From contig CAYFFH010000001.1 in NCBI GenBank assembly GCA_964342175.1, positions 1-43,937 of the forward strand: DNA of 43,937 nucleotides, given 5' to 3'. This stretch comes from an uncultured Enterobacteriaceae bacterium (GTDB taxonomy: Bacteria > Pseudomonadota > Gammaproteobacteria > Ga0077536). The notes under the pieces were generated by a model. That model was not told the origin of the DNA, made no database searches, and saw only the letters and a list, made by a program, of their open reading frames with translations. Every line of letters starts with the position of its first letter. The stretch's first letter is position 1. A program made the position numbers and the translations under genes. Positions 28,409 through 37,467 of the stretch are shown here, in pieces.

Positions 28409-29521
28409 ATGAGTAACACTGCGATAACCGCGATCACTATGCCTAAGTGGGGGCTGTCTATGGTCGAAGGTAAAGTAATCGAATGGCTGGTCGAAGAAAA
28501 TACTACCATCGCCGTTGGCGATGAGATCATGGATATTGAAACTGAAAAAATAGCGAATACTTTTGAGGCACTCGATAGTGGCGTACTGAAACGGAAAGTA
28601 GCTGAACCTGATCAGTCACTTCCGATTGGTGCTCTGCTCGGGGTACTAGCGGAGTCGAATATATCGGACGAGGATATAGACACCTTCATCGAAGATTTTC
28701 AAGCTAACTATTCGCCACCAGAAATTCTGGAGGGGGAAGAGTCAGAAACAAGCTATGAGTGGGTCGAAATTGACGATTATAGGATCCGTTACCTACGTAT
28801 GGGCGAAGGCAGGAGAAATATTATTCTAATTCATGGCTTTGGCGGCGACCTAGACCGGTGGCTTTTCACCCAAGGACCATTGTCTGCTAACGCCAGTGTC
28901 TACTCACTCGATTTGCCCGGACATGGCCAATCCACGAAGGCTATTCGCGATGGTTCAATAGCTGCAATGGCTAATATAGTGACGAAATTTATAGATCACA
29001 TTGGGGTTGACCATGCCCATTTGGTCGGTCATTCACTCGGTGGCGCTATCGCTTTACAGACAACTATCAGCGATCCGGACAAAGTCGATGCCCTATCTTT
29101 GATCGCGACCGCCGGGATCGGTGTGGAGATCAATGGCAGTTATATCTCCGGCTTTGTGCAAGCCGAGTCCCGCCGTGAAATTAAACCGCTTTTACAGCAA
29201 TTGGTGGGAGATCCGAGTCTTATCAACCGCAATCTGATCGACGACATCTTAAAATATAAACGCCTTGATGGGGTTACCGAAGCACTCGAGACTATTGCCA
29301 CCAAATTTATGGATCGCGATCAGCAAACTATCGATCTTCGAAACCATTTAGCGTCATTGTCGATACCAGTTCACGTAATCTGGGGCTCGGCAGACCAGAT
29401 CATTCCCGCCAGTCACGCCAAAAATTTACCTGGCAATGTGAACGTGGATGTATTGGAGGGTTTTGGCCACTTGGTACAAGTGGAGGCCGCAGGCGAGGTA
29501 AATAAGCTTCTGCAGGGTTAA
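28409..29521 (+). CDS. acoC: AcoC-type E2 component: N-terminal lipoyl domain fused to an alpha/beta-hydrolase fold
   Basis: 370 aa. It has the lipoyl-lysine context MDIETEKIANTFEA, then HGFGGD and the nucleophile elbow GHSLGG. This architecture is known for AcoC of acetoin dehydrogenase systems. Confidence 0.88.
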   Translation: MSNTAITAITMPKWGLSMVEGKVIEWLVEENTTIAVGDEIMDIETEKIANTFEALDSGVLKRKVAEPDQSLPIGALLGVLAESNISDEDIDTFIEDFQANYSPPEILEGEESETSYEWVEIDDYRIRYLRMGEGRRNIILIHGFGGDLDRWLFTQGPLSANASVYSLDLPGHGQSTKAIRDGSIAAMANIVTKFIDHIGVDHAHLVGHSLGGAIALQTTISDPDKVDALSLIATAGIGVEINGSYISGFVQAESRREIKPLLQQLVGDPSLINRNLIDDILKYKRLDGVTEALETIATKFMDRDQQTIDLRNHLASLSIPVHVIWGSADQIIPASHAKNLPGNVNVDVLEGFGHLVQVEAAGEVNKLLQG

Positions 29522-29529
29522 TCAGGCCA

Positions 29530-29916
29530 ATGGGAACCCGAATAAGAACAATATTTCTAGCGACTACCTTGTCAGTACTTCTAGTATCCGACCCGAGCAT
29601 CGCATGCGATAACGACAACGAATGCGGTGGGGGAGTCTGCATCAAACGTGAGAGGCGTGCTCACGGCGTTTGCTACGGTGGTAATCTAGCGAAAACCGTC
29701 GCCCGCGCGCGCGCAACCACACCGCAGCCTGGGCTTGTTGAGCCTATTTCTGGACACGGAATAAACGCTCCAATACCTGGAGTGGGCCTGTTTAATCCAT
29801 TGGCTAACCCCGCGAAACGACCTGCCAACGCATGCGTCGTTACTCAGGACTGTCGAGGCGGAATGGATTGCGTAATTACTGGTTCAGGCTGGGGTACCTG
29901 CGTAAATTTACACTAA
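29530..29916 (+). CDS. Hypothetical small secreted protein with two 4-Cys modules
   Basis: 128 aa, starting 8 nt after the acoC stop. It has an N-terminal signal (MGTRIRTIFLATTLSVLLVSDPSIA|C). Two modules are separated by a Pro/Gly/Ala-rich linker: ACDNDNECGGGVCIKRERRAHGVCYG and ACVVTQDCRGGMDCVITGSGWGTCVN. I recognise no family, and the SD is weak. Confidence 0.55.
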   Translation: MGTRIRTIFLATTLSVLLVSDPSIACDNDNECGGGVCIKRERRAHGVCYGGNLAKTVARARATTPQPGLVEPISGHGINAPIPGVGLFNPLANPAKRPANACVVTQDCRGGMDCVITGSGWGTCVNLH

Positions 29917-30049
29917 TTCCGTAGAATTGAGACATCCTTGCCAGTCGAACATCCTGCCCCACTCGCGGGTGGTTTCCACAATTATTGGATCGCCCCCACG
30001 GTAGTTCAACCGATCAAACGCATGCCAAGAAATGGGATTTAATGAATTG

Positions 30050-30553
30050 CTACTCCGGAGGATTGTCTGCGATAAACCGCTCGGCGAGTTCGATCTTCAT
30101 CGGGCCCGCTGCATGGCCGACCAAGGCACCAGTCGGGTCAAACATTAAATACGTCGGGGTGCCCATAAAATCTTCTTCTGTGATCGCTTTGAAGGCGCGC
30201 GTGAACCTAGCGATTTCGGTGACCCCACTCTCGAAGGCCATCGGTTGCTGCAAGATGTAGTCTCGGACACGATCCATTAAGGCTAGACCATCAAGTGAGA
30301 TCCCAATGACTTTCGCGTCCTGGTCCTTGTGCTCGTTATGAAACCGAGAAATCATCGGGAACTGTTTGCGGCACGTGACGCAATACGTCGTCCATAGCAT
30401 CACCATGGTCCATTTACCTGGCTCGAAATAGGACGAAAGAGCAACATCCTCGCCATTTAAAGTGCGGACTTCGAAGTCGCTTGCGCGTGCAGACACATTG
30501 CCGCTAAAGGCAACTAGAGCGAGCACTATCAATAATTCCCGTAATAGTTTCAT
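30050..30553 (-). CDS. TlpA/redoxin-family periplasmic thiol:disulfide oxidoreductase
   Basis: 167 aa. It has the signal MKLLRELLIVLALVAFSGNVSA and the thioredoxin-fold active site WTTYCVTC, with a cis-Pro context (GTPTYLMFD). Confidence 0.85.
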   Translation of the reverse strand: MKLLRELLIVLALVAFSGNVSARASDFEVRTLNGEDVALSSYFEPGKWTMVMLWTTYCVTCRKQFPMISRFHNEHKDQDAKVIGISLDGLALMDRVRDYILQQPMAFESGVTEIARFTRAFKAITEEDFMGTPTYLMFDPTGALVGHAAGPMKIELAERFIADNPPE

Positions 30554-30845
30554 TCCGTTATCCTATGGAGCTGTAGACCAAGGAATGTATTAGAGGCCCC
30601 CGATCAACGCAAGTTCATCTCATTTTTGACGTTTACGTGTTCGTGACTATCGCTTCAGCCTAAGATCGACTATGCGATTACCATATGTGCTAGACGACTC
30701 GAACCACTTCTCTGGGGTAGACCGAGATTAATAGGCTCTTCATATAACATAACACCAAGACTACAGTCCTCCATAGATAATGTCACAATCACCACCCGTC
30801 AAGACACACAATCACGCGGCATTCAAGGAATTGAGGTTAATCCGG

Positions 30846-31676
30846 ATGAACGAATTCAAAGAGCAAATCACTATCATCACAGGCGGCGCTAATGGGATTG
30901 GGAAAGCATTAGCGCAGACACTCGGTAGAGCTGGCGCGCATGTCGTTATTGGCGATATTAACGACGAACTAGGTAGTCTCCTTAGCAGCGAAATTCGTGC
31001 GAGTGGAGGAAGCGCTCGATATCAACACACCGATGTCCGCGTTGCACAGAGTGTATCCGAATTAGTAGAGAAAACCGTGTCGCTTGAAGGTCGAGTCGAC
31101 TACATGTTTAACAACGCAGGTATAGCAGTCGCAGGCGATAGTCGGGACTTGAACCTGGATCATTGGCGCAAAGTAACCGATGTTAACTATTGGGGGGTCG
31201 TCTACGGGAGTAAATTCGCTTTCGATGCAATGGCTAAACAAGGACACGGACATATTGTTAACATCGCATCTCTCGCCGGCCTGATTCCGTTCCCGACGAA
31301 CTTACCATATTCTGCGACGAAACACGCGGTGGTCGGGATGTCGATGTCTCTCCGCGCCGAAGGGGCTGATTTAGGTGTCAACGTTAGCGTCGTGTGCCCA
31401 GGGTTTATTGATTCAAATATCTTTCAGGCTAGCGATATGGTAAATATTCCCCGCATTGACCTCGTCAAAAGTATTCCGTTTAAATTGGTCGAGACCAATA
31501 CCGCAGCAGATAAGATACTTACTGATGTAACTCATAACAAAGCAATCATTGTGTTCCCAATGTATGCCAAAGTATTTTGGTGGCTATATCGACTTAAACA
31601 TTCACTGATCAATATTTTCGCACTGAAAACCATTCGCGATATGCGCAAAATTCGAGATCAAGTATCATCTAATTAA
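30846..31676 (+). CDS. Short-chain dehydrogenase/reductase (classical SDR)
   Basis: From ATG 30846 the product is 276 aa. It has TGGANGIGKA, NNAG, and the catalytic S...YSATKHAV. Confidence 0.88.
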   Translation: MNEFKEQITIITGGANGIGKALAQTLGRAGAHVVIGDINDELGSLLSSEIRASGGSARYQHTDVRVAQSVSELVEKTVSLEGRVDYMFNNAGIAVAGDSRDLNLDHWRKVTDVNYWGVVYGSKFAFDAMAKQGHGHIVNIASLAGLIPFPTNLPYSATKHAVVGMSMSLRAEGADLGVNVSVVCPGFIDSNIFQASDMVNIPRIDLVKSIPFKLVETNTAADKILTDVTHNKAIIVFPMYAKVFWWLYRLKHSLINIFALKTIRDMRKIRDQVSSN

Positions 31677-31700
31677 AGCGCCTTTTTATAGGAATAAACT

Positions 31701-32552
31701 ATGAGTAATCTTCTTCTAAATGTTTTAGCTGACAATTTCGTTTTCCTTGAAGGTCCGCGCTGGCATAACGGTGAACTCTGGTTCTCTGACATGTGGGGAC
31801 ACAAAGTTTATCGGATCACCCCTGCCGGGGTTGTATCAGATGTGGTCGACGTACCGGACCGGCCGTCGGGTCTGGGATTTATGCCGGATGGCACCCTATT
31901 GATCGCGTCGATGGCAGACCGCTGTGTATATAAAAACAACCAAGGCAACCTCGAATTACACGCAGACTTAAGCGCTACCGTCAGTGCGGACATCAATGAC
32001 ATTATCATTGATACGCAGGGCCGCACCTACGTTGGTAATTTCGGTTATGACTTGTTGTCTGGCGCCGACCCGAAAAAGGCCGATCTCGTACTCATAGAAC
32101 CTACCGGTGAACATCGTGTGGTGACGAGCGGGCTTATGTTTCCCAATGGGATGGTGTTGATGGACGACGAGCGCACCTTGGTCGTAGCTGAAACATTTAG
32201 CAACCAACTTACTGCTTTCGATCGCGATACCAACGGTGATCTGAGCAATCGGCGGGTATTTGCCGATATGGGAGAGCTAACTCCAGACGGTATCTGTCTA
32301 GATATCGAGGGTGGCATTTGGGTTGCTTCGTTTATGACTGGCGATTTCGTAAGAGTCATCGACGGGGGTGACATCACCGACCGAATTAAAGTTGATAATA
32401 AAGCCGCTGTCGCATGCCAAATCGGCGGCCCGGACAATCGCACACTCTACTGCCTGACCTTCGCCGGCGAAATGGCCGACCTCTCCACCGGAAAACGTCT
32501 AGCGAGCATAGAGACGGTCACCGTTGATATACAAGGCGCCGGATCCCCATAG
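31701..32552 (+). CDS. SMP-30/gluconolactonase/LRE-family protein (beta-propeller lactonase)
   Basis: 283 aa. It has LEGPRWHNGELWFSDMWGHKVYRI, and PNGM/PDGI repeats typical of the six-bladed propeller. Confidence 0.85.
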   Translation: MSNLLLNVLADNFVFLEGPRWHNGELWFSDMWGHKVYRITPAGVVSDVVDVPDRPSGLGFMPDGTLLIASMADRCVYKNNQGNLELHADLSATVSADINDIIIDTQGRTYVGNFGYDLLSGADPKKADLVLIEPTGEHRVVTSGLMFPNGMVLMDDERTLVVAETFSNQLTAFDRDTNGDLSNRRVFADMGELTPDGICLDIEGGIWVASFMTGDFVRVIDGGDITDRIKVDNKAAVACQIGGPDNRTLYCLTFAGEMADLSTGKRLASIETVTVDIQGAGSP

Positions 32553-32718
32553 TGCAGCTATACCCTCGGTTGTTTCGGCAACCTTGATTGCTGAAAAACG
32601 GAGTATCGATCGATGGCCAGGCAGAAGAGCGTCTCAGCGGTAGTCCCCCGTCGTGTTTAGGCAATGATCTAGCAAAACGGGCGGTAGGAGCGTTTTATTT
32701 CACTCCATTACACGGCTT

Positions 32719-33210
32719 TCAGTTAGATCTATTGTTGCGACGCGCCTCCCAAGCATCAATCGCTCCCACAGTGGCGGTCGCCGCCTGGCGCATAAAAACA
32801 TTTGCGGCGTCTTCCTCGTTCGCGACGCGCGCATCCCATGCCTTCTGAATTTCTATCCGCTCTGGACCAAACACGCCATCGCTGGCAATTTCCTTATAGG
32901 CACGCTCAAGTGCAGTCTGCATAGACCTAACGGACCTTGGCTCGATTTCGAACTCTTTCATTACCATAACGACGGCCGCTGTAGGTGCCGCCGCGAATAA
33001 TGCGGGAGAGGATGTTTGTCCCATTGGCCCCCATTGATTTTGGTATAAGTCGGCCAGATCACGAATTAAAACCATTAAGGTGAGCATACACCCGAGGTCA
33101 TTATAGAGATACGGATCGCCACGTGCCGCTGCAAGATCCACCACTGCCCGAATAGCGGGTGCAACTACTGCTTGATATTCCTCGGGTAACAACCCATCGC
33201 GGCTCGTCAT
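32719..33210 (-). CDS. Hypothetical protein, predicted all-helical, no family recognised
   Basis: From ATG 33210 the product is 163 aa. It starts 17 nt downstream of the small membrane-protein gene on the same strand. The longer ORF-track start at 33294 would overlap that gene by 67 nt. Confidence 0.55.
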   Translation of the reverse strand: MTSRDGLLPEEYQAVVAPAIRAVVDLAAARGDPYLYNDLGCMLTLMVLIRDLADLYQNQWGPMGQTSSPALFAAAPTAAVVMVMKEFEIEPRSVRSMQTALERAYKEIASDGVFGPERIEIQKAWDARVANEEDAANVFMRQAATATVGAIDAWEARRNNRSN

Positions 33211-33227
33211 TATTCTGTATTTTCGCC

Positions 33228-33485
33228 TTAGGTCGTTGTAGCTCGTTGACGCAGATAACGTGCGACTCCGATGAGACTTATTAACATCCAACATATTTCG
33301 ATTAGCAAGGCCGAGAAATTAAATTCATAGACCAACGATACCGCAATCAACCCGGCGCCAAGAAGGTTAACAAATGAATAAATAAAACCTTGCGCATTAA
33401 TGCGCTCTACCTGGAGTAGATAATAGATGGTTAAAATTAACACTACGCCAACTGTTCCAACGAGATCGTACCATTCGATACTCAT
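33228..33485 (-). CDS. Small three-TM membrane protein (SemiSWEET-sized; resembles what I recall as the CBU_0592 family)
   Basis: 85 aa with three hydrophobic helices (LVGTVGVVLILTIYYLL, FIYSFVNLLGAGLIAVSLVY, ALLIEICWMLISLIGV) and a basic C-terminus. The family assignment is from memory only. Confidence 0.6.
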   Translation of the reverse strand: MSIEWYDLVGTVGVVLILTIYYLLQVERINAQGFIYSFVNLLGAGLIAVSLVYEFNFSALLIEICWMLISLIGVARYLRQRATTT

Positions 33486-33532
33486 AATCTAATAACCCTT
33501 GCTTTATGGTTAAAACGTGATATCTCACGAAT

Positions 33533-34153
33533 TTAACTCAAGGCGTCTCCATCAAACCATTCAAGTGTTACTACCTCCGAAACTGGCCTCCGATAGGATC
33601 GCGGCAATTGCTCCGAGGCAATCGCCTTACCCAACACCACCATCATCACCGGGATCGTATTCCCATCGAGATTTAGCATTGCGCCAACCCCGGCCGTGTC
33701 GAACCCAATCATCGGACCGCTGTCCCAGCCAACCGCTTTGGCCGCATACATCAATGACATCGCTGCCAGTGAGCCAGACCGCATTACCTCTTCGCGCTGT
33801 AATCTCGATTTATCTTTGTACGCGCCTTCGATCATTGGCAAATATTTCTCGCGAGTCCCTTCATCGGCATCCGCGTAAATCCGACCCGCATCCTCGTAAG
33901 CGGTAAGACGGCCACATACCAGTACGACGGCTGCTGCCTCTTCGACCTGCGCCTGGCCGAAGGCCAGCTCACGCAATTTTCTCTTCCGTGCTTGATCACG
34001 AACTACGATAAATCGCCAGTGCTGAATATTGAAAGAACTTGGTGACAGGATGACAGTGTCGAAAATTTTTTTTAAAACTGAGTCACTTATTTGTAAACCA
34101 GGTTCATAAAGACGTACGCTGCGGCGCATCGCCGCTAACTCAAAAAAATCCAA
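33533..34153 (-). CDS. Nitroreductase-family NAD(P)H:flavin oxidoreductase
   Basis: From TTG 34153 (SD GGAG 7 nt upstream) the product is 206 aa. It begins MDFFELAAMRRSVRLYEP...SPSSFNIQHWRFIVVRD, the typical nitroreductase N-terminus. The ORF-track start at 34237 adds an implausible leader. Confidence 0.88.
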   Translation of the reverse strand: MDFFELAAMRRSVRLYEPGLQISDSVLKKIFDTVILSPSSFNIQHWRFIVVRDQARKRKLRELAFGQAQVEEAAAVVLVCGRLTAYEDAGRIYADADEGTREKYLPMIEGAYKDKSRLQREEVMRSGSLAAMSLMYAAKAVGWDSGPMIGFDTAGVGAMLNLDGNTIPVMMVVLGKAIASEQLPRSYRRPVSEVVTLEWFDGDALS

Positions 34154-34208
34154 TTGCACACTCCTTCGGGATTTATCGGAAGGTTTAGTTATTACTATGA
34201 TTATAATC

Positions 34209-34226
34209 GGCGAGCACCTGCTCGCC
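34209..34226. repeat. Perfect 18-bp palindrome GGCGAGCA-CC-TGCTCGCC (candidate operator or hairpin)
   Basis: The repeat is read directly from the sequence. On the minus strand it abuts GATTATAATC, which contains a TATAAT -10 hexamer 46 nt upstream of the nitroreductase TTG start. Confidence 0.5.
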
Positions 34227-34416
34227 TCTGGGACCAAAAGCCCTACTTAAATCCGGCTTGAACTACCTCGCTACGGCATAACGGACACCTTAAAATAGAT
34301 TTCGGGAGTACCGAATTCGCGCGCCGACTGTATCGCTCGGTGGCTGCACTGAGAAAAAGCATTGCCGTTCTCTGGTCGGCTCAATCTTTCCCACTGTTGA
34401 TCCGTTGTAGACCATT

Positions 34417-35190
34417 TTACAAGTAACCATATGCCGTCCAACCCCCATCGATATTTATAACTTCACCCGTCATAAATCCAGCTGCAGGGCTCGCAATAAA
34501 AATAACTGCTTCGGAAATTTCGTCAATTGAGCCCATTCGCCTTTGGGGTGTGCGTTTTTTAATTTCGTCGAGCGCAAGTTTTCCATCTGCGACCAGTTTA
34601 TCAATTAACTCCGTGCGGACGTACCCAGGTGCGATACAGTTAACCCGCACACCATACTTCGTACATTCAACTGCCATTACCCTAGTCATGTGCTCTACCG
34701 TGGCTTTGGAGGCACAGTACCCAAGGGCTTCCGGGATAGCATTTTGGCCAACGATAGATCCTATATTGATCACGACACCACCATTGCCTGAGTCTTTCAT
34801 CTGTTGAATAGCCGCTTGTGAGCAAAGGAATACCGATTTCGCATTAACATCCATGTGAACATTCCAGTTCTCTTCGGTCATCTTAAGTAAGGCTTGTGGG
34901 CGCGAGATTCCCGCATTGTTCACTAGTATCTCAACCGGCCCTAAATCTCGTTCGACTGTTCTAAATGCAACGTCGATTTGGCCCGCATTTTCGACCCTTG
35001 CGCCAATAGCGATTGCATCGCCGCCGCCCGCTTTGATTTCATCTACCGTGGAGGCTGCGTTTTCCGTCGATGTCGCGAGGCACGCTACCCGTGCCCCATG
35101 TGCAGCTAAAGTAATAGCAATCCCTTTGCCAATTCCACGGCTTGCGCCCGTCACGACGGCAACTTTTCCCAATAATTGATCAGCGATCAC
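34417..35190 (-). CDS. SDR-family oxidoreductase (FabG-like 3-oxoacyl reductase type)
   Basis: 257 aa with a GTG start and SD GGAGA. It has TGASRGIGKG, NNAG and the catalytic YCASKATV. Confidence 0.9.
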   Translation of the reverse strand: MIADQLLGKVAVVTGASRGIGKGIAITLAAHGARVACLATSTENAASTVDEIKAGGGDAIAIGARVENAGQIDVAFRTVERDLGPVEILVNNAGISRPQALLKMTEENWNVHMDVNAKSVFLCSQAAIQQMKDSGNGGVVINIGSIVGQNAIPEALGYCASKATVEHMTRVMAVECTKYGVRVNCIAPGYVRTELIDKLVADGKLALDEIKKRTPQRRMGSIDEISEAVIFIASPAAGFMTGEVINIDGGWTAYGYL

Positions 35191-35342
35191 GTCATCTCTC
35201 CAACATATTGTCCAGTGATTCTAGCAAGTCTAGATAGGCAGGTCGGGCCATAATCGGAAACACAGAAGATCAACCGAACGGACGCTTGTTACAATCTATT
35301 ATCTCGACGATTAAATCGTCAATTATAAAAGGAAGTACGAGA

Positions 35343-36215
35343 ATGAATATTGAGGGGGCCCTTGTCAGCACTGATTGGCTGGCTAAAAGTTTAGAAAGAC
35401 CAGATCTGCGCATTTATGACACCACCGTCTACCTGCAAGTTATGGTCGATGGAAGCGGTTACCAAGCCAATAGTGGCCACGAGGCGTGGGCACAAGCACA
35501 TATACCAGGTGCAGGATTTTTGGATCTAATTGAAGAATTTTCTGACGACACAAATTTCACACCGTTTATGATGCCTCCGCCTCGCGAATTTTGTGATCGT
35601 GCTGCTAAAAATGGGATCGGTGACGATTGCCTAGTAGTGCTTTATAACGACGGAGCTCCTATGTGGTCGACCCGAGCGTGGTGGATGTTTCGCTCTGTCG
35701 GCTTCGACAATGTTGTTGTCCTCGATGGTGGTTGGCAGAAATGGCGACGCGAAGGCCGACCAACAAACGACGACATGCCAACCTACGCTCCATCAAACTT
35801 GTCATCGAATCCACGCCCACAGATGTGGGCGGATAAAAATGCCATGTTGGAGATCGTAAAAAACGGTAGCGCCTGCACTCTGAACGCACTATCTCCGGAT
35901 GTGTACAGCGGTAGAATCAATCGCTACGGCCGACCAGGGCACATACCGGGCAGCCACAATGTTTTTTACGACAAACTTGTCGACCCTGATACTGGGACCT
36001 TTTTATCGCGGGAATTGTTAATGAAACAATTCTCGGATTCGGGCTCCCTGGAGGCCGAACGCGTCGTAATTTATTGCGGTGGCGGGATCTCAGCAACGAT
36101 GGATGCACTCGCCCTACATGTCGCGGGTCATAATAATATTGCGATCTATGACGGCTCAATGTCGGAGTGGATCAAAGACGAATTACTCCCGCTGAACTTA
36201 GGCGACACACCATAA
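35343..36215 (+). CDS. Two-domain rhodanese sulfurtransferase (3-mercaptopyruvate/thiosulfate sulfurtransferase type)
   Basis: From ATG 35343 (SD AAGGAAG) the product is 290 aa. It has LVSTDWLAKSL, AHIPGA, and the active-site loop YCGGGISAT in the C-terminal domain. Confidence 0.88.
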   Translation: MNIEGALVSTDWLAKSLERPDLRIYDTTVYLQVMVDGSGYQANSGHEAWAQAHIPGAGFLDLIEEFSDDTNFTPFMMPPPREFCDRAAKNGIGDDCLVVLYNDGAPMWSTRAWWMFRSVGFDNVVVLDGGWQKWRREGRPTNDDMPTYAPSNLSSNPRPQMWADKNAMLEIVKNGSACTLNALSPDVYSGRINRYGRPGHIPGSHNVFYDKLVDPDTGTFLSRELLMKQFSDSGSLEAERVVIYCGGGISATMDALALHVAGHNNIAIYDGSMSEWIKDELLPLNLGDTP

Positions 36216-36436
36216 GCGATAGGGGAATAGAACAATAATGAAGCTAGAATCGAGGTGTAATTTAGTTGCGTTGATCCGAAAACGCATGCTATCTCGATGA
36301 GCGAACAACGAAATAAAACGTTCAAAAATATCATTCTATTTCGCTATTTTTAACGCCTCGTAGTTCAATTATTTATTAAACTCTTGTTTTCGCTTTGTGT
36401 TCAACGTGCGCAAAAACCACTTAAAACTCTGATCGG

Positions 36437-36814
36437 TCACCCGTCGAGTTCAGTGAAAACTTCGCGTGCAATTTTAAACGCTTCCAAAGCCGCTGGCACT
36501 CCGCAGTAAATCGCGGTCTGCAGAAAGATTTCGCTTATTTCTTCGCGAGTCACACCATTGGTTAATGCGCCCCTAACATGTAACTTTAATTCATTGGGTT
36601 TTCCTAGAGCAGTCAACATCCCGAGATTGAGGAGACTTCTATCTCGATGCGTTAGCCCTTCCCGTGTCCATACCGCCCCCCAACAATACTCCGTAACAAG
36701 CTCCTGAAAAGCCTGGGTCAAGTCGTCGGCAGACGCCATTGATCTCTCAACGTATTCTGCCCCTACAACTTTCTTACGTAATGCCATACCCGCGTCAAAA
36801 AGTGCTTTGTCCAT
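36437..36814 (-). CDS. Carboxymuconolactone decarboxylase (CMD/PcaC-like) family protein
   Basis: 125 aa with EYCWGAVWTREGLTHRDRSLLNLGMLTALG...ELKLHVRGALTNGVTREEISEIFLQTAIYCGVPAA, the typical gamma-CMD pattern. Confidence 0.88.
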   Translation of the reverse strand: MDKALFDAGMALRKKVVGAEYVERSMASADDLTQAFQELVTEYCWGAVWTREGLTHRDRSLLNLGMLTALGKPNELKLHVRGALTNGVTREEISEIFLQTAIYCGVPAALEAFKIAREVFTELDG

Positions 36815-36978
36815 GTTTTGGTATCCTCGCTAGAAATGATAAATACTCGGTAATTTTAGGTCCCAAGTAAAGTGTGCCTCAAATTTGATCTTAAATGCCC
36901 GTTGACACTACACATAGGTAAAATGTCTGGGATAGCTAATTTAGCAGTAAACTCAATCGATAGAGGTGAAAATAACTC

Positions 36979-37449
36979 ATGTCGGACTTCAAGACTTTAA
37001 TCACAAAAATGACGAAATCCGCTTGCAGTGGCGATGGAAAAGAAACCGCAGCATGCTTTACTAACACAGGGACCTATCATGACTGCTTCTATGGTGCTTT
37101 CAAAGGTAAAGCAATCATCAATATGATCGAAAAGTTTTTTCATCGTGATGCGGAAAACTTTATTTGGGATGTACATGACCCAGTGGATGACGGCAAGATA
37201 GGTTACGCGCGTTACGTTTTTAGCTATAACTCAAAACTCCAGGAGGCTTACGGTAAAAGAGTGGTATTTGAATGTGTCTCGGTCTGTCGACTTAGCGAGG
37301 GATTGATCGAAGATTACCGAGAGGTTGCAGACTCAGTTACCGGATTGCACCAGCTCGGGTTCAGCGAACAGCGTCTGACAAAACTGATCAGACGTGAGGT
37401 AAAAGCATTGCGATCACGTCCGGAATCGGCACATCATATTAATCACTAA
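36979..37449 (+). CDS. NTF2-like / SnoaL-like fold protein
   Basis: 156 aa with SD GAGGTG. The spacing of hydrophobic and aromatic residues (FTNTGTYHDCFYGAFKGKAIINMIEKFF ... WDVHDPVDDGKIGYARYVFSY ... RLSEGLIEDYREV) fits the SnoaL-like cone fold. This is a fold-level call only. Confidence 0.6.
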   Translation: MSDFKTLITKMTKSACSGDGKETAACFTNTGTYHDCFYGAFKGKAIINMIEKFFHRDAENFIWDVHDPVDDGKIGYARYVFSYNSKLQEAYGKRVVFECVSVCRLSEGLIEDYREVADSVTGLHQLGFSEQRLTKLIRREVKALRSRPESAHHINH

Positions 37450-37467
37450 CGAGGGCTATAATTTTTA

